64,000 nt of DNA. Origin: Paraspadella gotoi (taxonomy: Eukaryota; Animalia; Chaetognatha). Position 1 is the stretch's first letter. Each line of letters starts with the position of its first letter. The translations under genes were made by a program, and so were the position numbers. The notes under the pieces were generated by a model. The model saw only the letters and a program-made list of their open reading frames with translations. It did not search any database and was not told the DNA's origin. The stretch spans positions 10,805,790 through 10,869,789 of the forward strand of contig CM119270.1 in assembly GCA_051294375.1 (NCBI GenBank), read 5' to 3'. Positions 38,125 through 49,724 of the stretch are shown piece by piece.

Positions 38125-38972
38125 TCTGATTAGTCAAAAAACGAGCCAGCGGACCTGACTAGCTTACGCATCTCTTATTTCTCTCTCTCTCTCTTTTTCT
38201 CTCTCTTTCTATCTCTCCTCTCTCCCTCTTTTTTCTCTCTTCTCTTTTTCTCTCTCTCTCTCTTTCGTCGCCTTCCGCCAACTTCTTAGTTAATTTTATA
38301 TAGAAAATAAAAAAAATTTCGGATTTACATAACTAGTCTAACTTGTCAAGTCAGATATTCTTTCCTTAAAACGAAAAAACCGCCAAAAAAACCGCAACAG
38401 GGGGTATGTCTCAGACACCACCCCAGCCACTTGAATGCCTTTGAAGTTAAATTTCCGATGATGAATCCCTAAATATTCCCGACAACTTAAAGCTGAACTT
38501 AAGGAAAAATCCTTGGAGGCTCATTTTCATTCTAAATCACTTGGCCAACTTCCTTAATGCCACTGTATTAGCAACTTTCATTCTACAAATTAATAAAAAA
38601 TAATTTATGTCAAAAGAAAACCTTAGCCGAAAGAGCTGCTTTGGACATGATTATTAAACAATATATAAGTTTAATTAAAAAAATTAGTATTTCTGACGTG
38701 ATTATAATGCTGTGGGTAACCCAAACCAGCAATCAAAATTCAATTTGCATCGCAAAGACCGCCCCATGAAAATAATAATTCCGTACTAAGGACAAAAAAA
38801 CGGAAAAATTAACGTTTAAATAGAAATGGCAAAGGCAAATTGAAAGACAAGATATTTGCTGCAAACATCAATAGAAATGCGCCTAAAGTCTCGATGACAT
38901 GACTTTTTCCACGGTGTGGGATTACCACTGCTGGGGCGTAGGGATTNNNNNNNNNNNNNNNNNNNNNNNNNT

Positions 38973-39022
<50 letters not shown>

Positions 39023-39258
39023 AAGAGAGAGAGAGATGAGAGGAGAGTTGACTGCGGTGTGAAAACAACCGAAGCGGCATAGAGACTGTTTGAGGGTGGG
39101 CGTGGCTGTGTTGGGAGGTGGGGTGGGAGATGGGAGAGTAGTGAGAAACTGAGGTGAATGAAGAAAATAGTGTCGAAGGGCGCGAGGGAAGGTTTGGAAA
39201 GAGGCGAGGAAGTGAAAACCACTAGGGAATTGAGAAACGGCGGGGGGGGGCGTAGGAT

Positions 39259-42200
39259 TCGAGCGGAGGAGGAAAAGTAAGAGAATGAGTTGGAGCTGAA
39301 GGAAAAAAAACTAAGCGGACAGGGGAGAAATGAAAGTGGTAAATAAAATCTGAGATGGAAATTCTAAAGAAATAGGTTAAAAAAGTGCTAATTGAATGGT
39401 CTGGGGTGTCGGAGAAAAAAGCTCCTGCCAAGGTAAAGCTGGTTAAGGGGGAGCATCATCTCCAGCGCTTGACGAAGGCCGAGATTAAACGACAGAGATT
39501 TAATGATGTTAGGTCTTGAGATTTAAGTGAGGAGAGATGGAGGAGGAAGAAGAGAGAAAGAAGGAGAAAGAAGCGGGGAGAGAAAATGATTATAACAAGT
39601 GGGAGAAATAGAGAAAGAAGGGCGAAAACCGAGCGAAGTAAAGAGAATGAGAAAACATTATGGGAAAATACAAAATAGCATAGGGAAAAATATAGACAAA
39701 CCTAAAAAAGAGTTAATACATCATAATGAAATAAAGGCGCTAACGTATAGATAACAGTGTCCGAAAGACCAGATGACCGAATCAAGGATAATGGAGGAAA
39801 GAAAAAATAACTCTTCGGGTTTTATTGCTCCAACTCTATGTCTGTCTTTCTCTCCTTCATCCAATTCCTCCATCGTCACTATCTTCACGTTGAAGAGAAT
39901 TATTTGACCTCTATCCACTTCCTCCTCTCTATACTCCTCCTCTCCTCCTCCTCCTCTTCCCACCTCCCTCAAAGGTCGAGACTCTTTACCATCTGCAAAC
40001 CGATCCCTAATGACGTCATCCACAGATTCCATCCATTTCTCGATCCCCTTTTCTTATCCTTTCCTCTCTCTACTTTTTTCTTTCCTCTCTCTTTTTTTTT
40101 GTCCTTTCCTTTCCGTACTTTTTCCTATTTCTTTATATTTTTCTTTTAGTTCCCTAGTCTCTTAATCTTAATTCTTCCTTTCTTTCCGCCTTTCCTTTCT
40201 TTTCTCGCTTTTTCATCGCTGTTCCTTTCCTTTCCTTCCTTTTTTCCTTCTAAAGGTCAACTCTCTTTCCTTTCCGCGATGGGGCAATGAGGAAATCCCG
40301 AAATTCCTCTCCAGGATTCGGTCCACACCTCTTGTGAAAAAACTCCCTCCCTTTCTTTATATTCACAAATGGTCAACGCCCGTTTGGAATGCCCGGATGC
40401 CCCTCTTCTTCCCCACGCTGCCCCTCCACCTTCTTTGGTAACATCTACTTCGAATTTTTATCCGGCGGTTTTTTTTTTTTCTTCTTCGAGAAGAACAATT
40501 TTAGAGAAGTTAGTTGTCTGTAAAGTGGAAGTGATTTGATTTCAAGGTTATAAAATAATCATATATATAGTATATATACTTACTGATCATAAACGATATT
40601 ACTACAACAAAATTTAATCACTTTAGTTTTTGAGAGAGCGGCGCAAATAGTGATAGAAAAAACTTATTATATTTATGTAGATATATTAATTTTTCAGTTA
40701 TATAATTAAAAATAAAGTCTGAAAATCTTTTTAAATGACGTTGTTATAGTTTTTTTTCTTTTTTAATTCGTGCAATTAATTTTTTTTTCCCTCCACTAAT
40801 TTACGGTTGGTGAGCGATAGAGCGAAAGAAAACTTATCAGTGGTAGAGGGAGTGAGAGAGAGGGAGACAGAGTGGGAGAAGATAAAAAAAGGGAGTTGCG
40901 ACGTCCAACAATTCAACGCCCTTTGAAACTACTCCACGTTTTTTAATTATTTAAAGTTTTATTGGACGTCGAGTGAAAAAAAGTAATGGGAATAAAAGAG
41001 AGAGATAAAAAAAAAAAAGAATTAAATAAGAGAGGGAGAAAAATTAAAAAAAAACAGGTTTATCATCACATAACTTTTCCACTTTTAGGCCTGCGGATCA
41101 TTCAAACAAGAATGCATAAAGCTTTATACAAATAGTTTTTATGTAAAAGAAGTATATTTCTTCGTGTTTCCAAATAAAAAAAATTTCAAATTTCTTGAAA
41201 TAACGGTTTTAGCTTCTTAAGAGGAAGCCACCCAAAATCGCGCGGCAAATTTCTTTTATCGTAAACCTAAAAATTAAAAAAAACTTCTCATTCAGAAGAC
41301 GCGTGGTCGTTAAAGTTCATTTCTTTCTTTAAAAGCGAATTTTAATTCTTTTATTCAATTAACATTCAGCCTCCTACCTCCAGTGTAATACAGTACCTAA
41401 AGCCATAGTCATTCTTAGATTGTAATTGGAATCAATAAGGATGTGCTTGAAAATAAACGTTTAGTGTAGAGAGAGTGCCAGAACAGCCAGGAATAGCATA
41501 TTTAATGCATGCCTAATTACCATTTTTTTTTACCCTTAAAAAGAGTTATACAAAAATTGTTACAATTATTTAAAAAGTCCAAGACAACTCGTCATTGGCA
41601 TCTGCAATCGGATCCTCTGAGATTAGACAACAACTCTATGGTACCATAGGATGGTCTCTGATTCCACAGCATGCGACAATCGTTTATCTCTCTCCTTGTC
41701 AATAGTCTGCTTCCCCACATTCAAGAAAACTGACTTTTAAAGCTTGACCGTGTTTGCCACAGATGAAAATAAGTTAAACCCCTTGCAGCATTCCTTCCTT
41801 GTTCACCCAATTCCCGCTGTTTTGTTGTCACAGCATTTTTTAAATTTAAAAAAAAAATGTTAAAAATTGAATAAAAACTCAGGAGATACGGTAAAGCCAT
41901 CATCTTCTTTAAACTTAGAAAATGAAAAATAGATTCTTTACAAAGCGGCATCGTCGATTAGAAGGTTCTCTGCGTCGACCTTCAGTTCTTCCAAATCTAC
42001 AGAAAAAAAAAAATAAATAACATAAAAAAAAAATTAAAATAAACAAAAAGAGTGGGAGCGCAAACCTGTTTGAAAAAAAAAGAATAAACTAAAATTAATT
42101 TCGCTTTTAGTATTGGAAATGGTGGGGCAGAAATTCTATGAGAGGGGATTTGACAAATGTTATTCGTTTTCAAAGGATATTTTAGAATTTTGTAACGCCC

Positions 42201-44965
42201 AAATTTCCATTATTCTTTTTCTTTTTGTTTTCCTATGAAGAAAAGTGAATTTTTGGAAAATCGCCTCATAGGAATTGGGGTGACCTTCACCTTCAAGAAA
42301 AAAATTTATATGTTAAGAATTCATCAAAATCCGCTTCGCCCGTTTGGGGCGCAACTCTTTCCGACAGGTTTCTTTTATTTTATATCAGTAATATTAAAAA
42401 TTCCGGGAAAAAAACCAACCAACGCGTTTTGAAAAAAATTAAAATAAACCGGAATACACTTTTCGGAATCGCAACTGGGACCTCTTACTTTCAAAACCCA
42501 AGCTTTGGTACCCTATTTATAACTCTTGGTGAGTGACCCAGGCCTTAAAAAGAAGCGGAAAAGGTGAATAAGTTATTTATGGAGACGGGAATATATCGGG
42601 TCTCCGTGTGGTCAGCCACACCACTTCTCCACTCTCTCTCTCACTCCCTTCTCCACCTCTCTCTCTCTCTCCTCTATTTTACCCTAACCCAGATCTCGCT
42701 CTCTTTTCTTACCACCCTCGTGGTACATTGCTAACGAGGTTACGAACGCCCAAGCGACCACCACCGTTTTAACTTGGAGACGAGAGAGAGAAGCAAACGT
42801 TGCATGGAACGAATTTCTTGACCAAAAATTGCATTTGATACGAAATTCCACAGCGGACGATTCGCTTTGACGCAATCGCTTTTTCGGTGAATTCGACGGA
42901 TTTTTTGATATCTCAGTTCTCTCTCTCTCTCTCTTCTCTCGCTTCTTCTCTGCCTCTCTCTTTTTCAATTCTCCTACTCTCAGCCGAATTCCGTCACCGT
43001 TTCCTCTTTTCTTGACAATCAGTCACGAAAGGCGGGATATTCAAACAGTTTCAACCGATATATGGTTTTGTATCTTCTCTTTCCAGATTTGCTCCTCAAT
43101 CTTGAGGAACAAACATTCCAACCTTATTTTTTTAAGCGGGAATGACCCGCAATTCTACATATCTAAGCGCAAGAACAGAATCTCTTTTAGAAAAGCAGCG
43201 CCTCCCCTTTATTTAAAGACGGAGAGGCGTCCAGAAAAATCTATTCGAAAGAGTTCTTTTGGAGCGTTTTAAAAAGGCCTTCTTTTGGCCAATATTTGTA
43301 AACCCCAAAAATAAAACGCCATTCAAATATTTGTTTTATTATTATTATTAAATATTAATTTAATGACACCGGCATGGGCAATAAAATCGTACTTTCCATA
43401 ATTGTCAAATTATTAAAACTACAGGCAACAACAACACAACAACGTTAGAGATATAATAAACAACAAACAAACAACAACCAGCAGGGCTCCACCCATCCAT
43501 AAGAGTACGCACACCACGAAAAAAATAAAAAAAAAAAAATTATGGGGGAGGCTGAAAAAAAAACACTTTTAGCGTTAAATAATAAAAAAAAAAAAAAGGG
43601 GAAAAAAAGGGAAAAAAAATCGGAGGGTTTCGCTTCCACTCCCTCTACGGTTCGAGAATATTGAAAAAAGAAAGCAAAAAAACCAAAAAAACAAACAAAA
43701 GCGAATTTCCCAAGGGCCGTGTCGAACGCGATCACCTCAGGCTCCGGGGACGCCTAATAATTCCAGGAGGATGCAGACTTGGGGTGGATGCGGGGGGGAG
43801 CTGCCCGTGCGAGTGGAGAAAGTGGGGCTAATGGAGGGGGGTCAAGAGAAGGCGGAGAAGGGCGCTGAGGTAGTGGATACATTTTCAAGTAAGTAGGACA
43901 GAGGAATTTCATAGAATGGCAAAGCTTAGGAATGCGTATGATGGCGAATATGAAATAATATTAGTAAAGCATGTGAAGGAATAAAAGCATAACGAAAAAT
44001 AAAATTCGCAGTATGTATTTATTCGCTTGAGAGGGAAAGACAATAAGTTTGGGTATTTAGAAAAAAAACTGAAAAAAAGCGGTGGCCTGAATTTCAACAA
44101 TAAAAAAAAAAACAACTGTCGTTTGGACTCTAAATTTGAGATGCTATTTCTATTTCGAATGGACGAATCCTACGAACAAATATAAATATATAAAGATTAG
44201 AATGGAATAGAATAATTAGGAATAATAATAGAAAAAGAATAAAGTATAGTTAAAAATGAGGACGAGAAAGGCAAGACAAACTCGATAAGATTGTCCATGG
44301 CTCACAAAACAACATTTTCATCTCCTGACCCCGCAAATCCACCTGTAGATAAAGAGCACCCGAAGTTCACCGGTCCTTCTAACCGGCGACCTTTATTGTT
44401 GAATTCGTTCGTAATCGTTCCATCTCACTTTTCTTACTTATCAACTCAGCCCTCTCACACACAAGTTTTTGTTAAATGCGAATATTGAGGTTAATGTGCG
44501 GCTTTATTCGTATAAATTATTAGTAATGTGATGTGCACTTCACGTTTGAAAAATTTTTTCCCACATCAAATACCACGTTATTATCCATACTTCAACTGCG
44601 CAATATCAAACTCAATACAATTATGAACCATAAATAATTTAAACATTATAGATAACAGGCTTAAGATACGGAAATCCTCACGCCGTAGACGAAAGAATAA
44701 ATCCGATGCAGAAAGGCGGCAAACAAAATTCGGGAAAAAAACCCACCCCTCGGTGGCCCGGTTGCGAGGGCAACCAATGCACCTCCCACTGCCATGCACA
44801 CGCGGGTGGAGGAAATCTAGACGCGATCATAATTATGATAAAATCACAACTTGCACATAACATAGGATCCGACGACGACTATCCTCAAGGCCGTCAGTAA
44901 CACTCGCTAACGAACATAAACTCAATGCAACCGACACGTAACAAATCCGAAAACACGCTGGCCGC
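39259..44965 (+). repeat. Copy 1 of direct segmental duplication (contains a 1.46-kb insertion)
   Basis: Starts TCGAGCGGAGGAGGAAAAGTAAGAGAATGAG, identical to 44997, and stays colinear to the GCTGGCCGC end. Confidence 0.95.
41088..42544. mobile_element. Kolobok-like TIR DNA transposon (non-autonomous or decayed)
   Basis: Ends GGCCTG(C)GG(A)TCA(T/C)TCA..CAAGA / TCTTG..TGAGTGACCCAGGCC, flanked by TTTTA and TTAA. The empty site CCACTTTTAAAGAG is in copy 2 (~46814-46827). RR...YY termini plus a TTAA target are Kolobok hallmarks. Confidence 0.7.
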
Positions 44966-44996
44966 GGCACAGCACCCGCAATATGCTTCCTGTTTC

Positions 44997-47900
44997 TCGA
45001 GCGGAGGAGGAAAAGTAAGAGAATGAGTTGGAGGCTGAAGGAAAAAAAACTAAGCGGACAGGGGAGAAATGAAAGTGGTAAATAAAATCTGAGATGGAAA
45101 TTCTAAAAGAAATAGGTTAAAAGTGCTAATGAATGGTCTGGGGTGTCGGAGAAAAAAAGCTCCTGCCAAGGTAAAGCTGGTTAAGGGGGAGCATCATCTC
45201 CAGCGCTTGACGAAGGCCGAGATTAAACGAGAGATTTAATGATGTTAGGTTCTTGAGATTTAATGGAGGAGAGATGGAGAGAAAGAAGGAGAGAAAGAAG
45301 GAGAGAAAGAAGCGGGGAGAGAAAATGATTATAACAAGTGGGAGAAATAGAGAAAAGAAGGCGAAAACCGAGCGAAGTAAAGAGAATGAGAAAACATTAT
45401 GGGAAAATACAAAATAGCATAGGGAAAAATAGACAAACCTAAAAAAGAGTTAAATACATCATCACATAAATAAGCGTAAGCGTATTAAGTGTCCGAAAGA
45501 CCAGATGACCGAATCAAGGATAATGGAGGAAAGAAAAAAAAAACTCTTCGGGTTTTATTGCTCCAACTCTATCGTCTTCTTTCTCTCCTTCATCCAATTC
45601 CTCCATCGTCACTATCTTCACGTTGGAAGAGAATTATTTGACCTCTATCCACTTCCTCCCTCTCTACCTACTCCTCCTCCTCCTCCTCCTCCTCTTCCCA
45701 CCTCCCTCAAAGGTCGAGACTCTTTACCATCTGCAAACCGATCCCTAATGACGTCATCCACAGATTCCATCCATTCTCGATCCCCTTTTCTTATCCTTTC
45801 CTCTCTCTACTTTTTTCTTTCCTCTCTCTTTTTTTTTGTCCTTTCCTTTCCGTACTTTTTCCTATTTCTTTATATTTTTTCTTTTAGTTCCCTAGTCTCT
45901 TTAATCTTAATTCTTCCTTCTTTTTTCCGCCTTTCCTTTCTTTTCCTCGCTTTTTCATCGCTGTTCCTTTCCTTTCTTCCTTTTTTCCTTCTAAAGGTCA
46001 ACTCTCTTTCCTTTCCGCGATGGGGCAATGAGGAAATCCCGAAATTCCTCTCCAGGATTCGGTCCACACCTCTTGTGAAAAAACTCCCTCCCTTTTCTTT
46101 ATATTCACAAATGGTCAACGCCCGTTTGGAATGCCCCGGATGCCCCTCTTCTTCCCCACCTGCCTCCACCTTCTTTGGTAACATCTAACTTCGAATTTTT
46201 ATCCGGCGGTTTTTTTTTCTCTCTTCGAGAAGAACAATTTTAAAGAGAGTTAGTTGTCTGTAAAGGTGGGAAGTGATTTGATTTCAAGGTTATAAAATTA
46301 ATCATATATATAGTATATACTTACTGATCATAAACGATATTACTACAACAAAATTTAATCACTTTAGTTTTGAGAGAGCGGCGAAATAGTGATAGAAAAA
46401 ACTTATTATATTTATGTAGATATATTAATTTTTCAGTTATATAATTAAAAATAAAGTTGAAAATCTTTTTAAATGACGTTGTTATAGTTTTTTTTCTTTT
46501 TTAATTCGTGCAATTAATTTTTTTTCCCTCCACTAATTTACGGTTGGTGAGCGATAGAGCGAAAGAAAACTTATCAGTGGTAGAGAGTGAGAGAGAGGGA
46601 GACAGAGTGGGAGAAGATAAAAAAAGGGAGTTGCGACGTCCAACAATTCAACGCCTTTGAAACTACTCCACGTTTTTTAATTATTTAAAGTTTTATTGGA
46701 CGTCGAGTGAAAAAAAGTAATGGGATAAAAGAGAGATAGAGAAAAAAAAAGAATTAATAAAGAGAGGGAGAAAATTTAAAAAAAAAACAGGTTTTATGCA
46801 TCACATAACTTTTCCACTTTTAAAGAGAAAAGGTTGAGATAAGTTATTTATGAGACGGGAATATATCGGTCTCGGTGTCAGCCACACACTCTCACTCTCT
46901 CTCTCACTCCCTCTCTCACTCTCTCTCTCTCTCTCTCTCTATTTTACCCTAACCCAGATCTCGCTCTCTTTTTCTTACACCCCTCGTGGTACATTGCTAA
47001 GCGAGGTTACGAACGCCAGCGCCACCACCGTTTTAACTTGAGCGGAGAAGCAAAGTTGATGGAAGGAATTTCTGACAAAAATTTTGATACGAAATCCAAG
47101 GGGACGATTCGCTTTGACGCAATCGCTTTTTCGGTGATTCGACGGGATTTTTTTGATATCTCAGTCTCTCTCTCTCTCTCTCTCGCTTTCTCTCTCTCTC
47201 TTCTTTTCAATTCTTACTCTCAGCCGAATCCGTCACGTTTTCCGCTTTTCTTGACAATCAGTCACGAAAGGCGGAATCAAACAGTTTCAAACTGATATAT
47301 GAGTTTTTCTTTCTCTATCCAGATTTTGCTCTCAATCTTGAGGAAACATCAACTTATTTTTTTAAGCGGGAATGAGCCGCAATTCTACATATCTAAGCGC
47401 AAGAAGAATCTCTTAGAAAGCAGCGCTCCCCTTTATTTAAAAGGAGAGGGTCCAGAAAAATCTATTCGAAAAGAGTTCTTTGGAGGTTTTAAAAAGGCCT
47501 TCTTTTGGCCAATATTTGTAAAACCCAAAAATAAACGCCATTCAAATATTTGTTTTATTATTATTATTAAATATTAATTTTAATGACACCATGGGCAATA
47601 AAATCGTACTTTTCCATAATGTCTATAAAACTACAGGCAACAACAACAACAACAACGTTAGAGATAATAAACAACAACAACAACAACCAGCGTGGTCTCC
47701 ACCCATCCATAAAGAGTAGCAGCACCACAAAAAAAAAAAAAAATAATGGGAGGCTTGAATAAAAAACTTTTAGCGTTAAATAATAAAAAAAGGGGAAAAA
47801 AAGAAAAAAATCGGAGGGTTTCGCTCCCATCCCTCTACGGTCGAGAAATGAAAAAAAAAAAAATCAAACAAAAGATCCAGCGTCGAACGCGATCACCTCA

Positions 47901-48880
47901 GGCTCCGGGACGCTTAATTAATCCGGAGGATGAGACTTGGGGTGGGGGGGGGGTGAGTGGAGAAGTGGGTAATGGAGGGGGGTCCAAGGAGGGGGAAAAA
48001 GGGGAGGAGGTAGTGATACATTTAAGTAAGTAGACAGGGATTTCATAGAATGAAAGTAGAATGGTATGATGCGAATGAAATAATATTAGTAAAGGATGTG
48101 AAGGAATAAAAGATAACGAAAAATAAAATCAGTATATTTGATTCGCTAGAGGAAAGACAATAAGTTTGGGTTTGAGATAAAAAACTGAAAAGCGGTGGAA
48201 TTTCAAATTAAAAAAAAAACAACTGTCGTTTAGACTCTAATTAGATGCTATTTCTAATTAGAATGGGACGAAATCTCTAAAAAAATATGATAGAATAGTA
48301 TAGAATGGAATAGAATATATAGGATATAATAGAAAAGAATAAAGTATAGTAAAATGAGGACGAGAAGCAACGACAACTGATAAGATGTCCATGGCCACAA
48401 CAACAACATTTTCATCTCCTGACCCGCAAATCCACCTGTGAGATAAAAGACCCGAAGTTCACCGTCCTTCTAACCGGACCTCTTATCGTTGGAATTCGTT
48501 CGGAATCTTCATTCTCACTTTTCTTACTTATCCTCAGCCTCTCACACACAAAGTTTAAATGGAATATGAGGTTTGTGCGTTTGTAAATATTGTATTGACT
48601 TTAATTTGAAAAATTTCCAAAAAAAACTTTTCATCTTCCTAAAACTTGATAAACATTAGATGTTGAAACGACCTCACGCGATAATGATGCAGAAAAAATG
48701 GAAAAACGTTGGCAATGAGCCTCTCACGCCATCGTGAGAAATCTGACGCGATCATATATAAAAACATCGCATAAAATTAGGCGAAATGTAAAGCGATAAA
48801 CATCGCATAAAAATTAATCGGACGCGCGAAAAAATACGGGACTCGAATCTCGATGGCTAACCCCAGTGGCGCTGGCCGCC
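44997..48880 (+). repeat. Copy 2 of direct segmental duplication (empty allele)
   Basis: Matches 39259-41087 and then 42545-44965; divergence is mostly small indels that increase toward the 3' end. Confidence 0.95.
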
Positions 48881-48885
48881 AATTA

Positions 48886-48887
<2 letters not shown>

Positions 48888-48982
<95 letters not shown>

Positions 48983-48988
48983 AGAGAG
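48888..48988. repeat. (GA)n microsatellite
   Basis: Direct; one of dozens of (GA/CT)n tracts in the window. Confidence 0.98.
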
Positions 48989-49617
48989 TGTGTGTTATCA
49001 AATAATAAAGTACGAGGAAATGGCTTAATTTCACAAATTATTTTACAAGTCGGTATAACGTTATCTGCTCATAAAAATCAGTAATTAAGTATGAAATGAG
49101 AAATTGGCATTTTAATTACGTAGTTTATGGCGTCGAAAGTGAAAAAGTTTTATGTGTGATTTAATATTTCCATTTTTTACGGTAAAAGAGGAAAATACAA
49201 CTAATTCAAAGCGACATTTGCTGCTCTTTTTATTTCTTTCTTTTTCTTTTCTTCTGTCCTTCTATTTAACCCGATTTCTGGTTCTCTTTTCCATTTTTTT
49301 CCCCTTTTGTCTCCATCTGTCCCTTCGCTTTCAATATTTAAAACCTTCCGAGTATAAATCCTCATCTGCTCCTACTTCAGCTCCTGCTGCTGCTCCTACT
49401 CATTCACCCGCTCCCCCAATTTCAAAACAAAAAAATGGTGGCTTTTTTAACGACCGCTTGTTTTTTGTCCCCTTTTTCTGTAGACTAAGAAAGTAGAAAA
49501 TCAGAAAATTCCTAAAAAGATAAATTCTTAACTTTAAAACACAATAAACCGTTTTGAAGTTTTTTATTGATTAATAATGGTTGACTTTTTCTCGTTTGTT
49601 TGTTTACCTCTTTACAG

Positions 49618-49724
49618 ATCGGGAATTTGCCTGCGTCGGCGAGTGGACGGAAGGCAGCAACCATTACCTCGTGGGAAAGTTTCTGCTGCAGAACGGAAGT
49701 CGGGACGACATGTATCGTTGTACG
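49618..49724 (+). CDS. Internal exon D of the same gene
   Basis: CTCTTTACAG acceptor and GTAAGT donor. Encodes (D)REFACVGEWTEGSNHYLVGKFLLQNGSRDDMYRCT, with a C...W.EG...YLVGK....YRC motif. Phase 1 in matches exon C. Confidence 0.88.
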
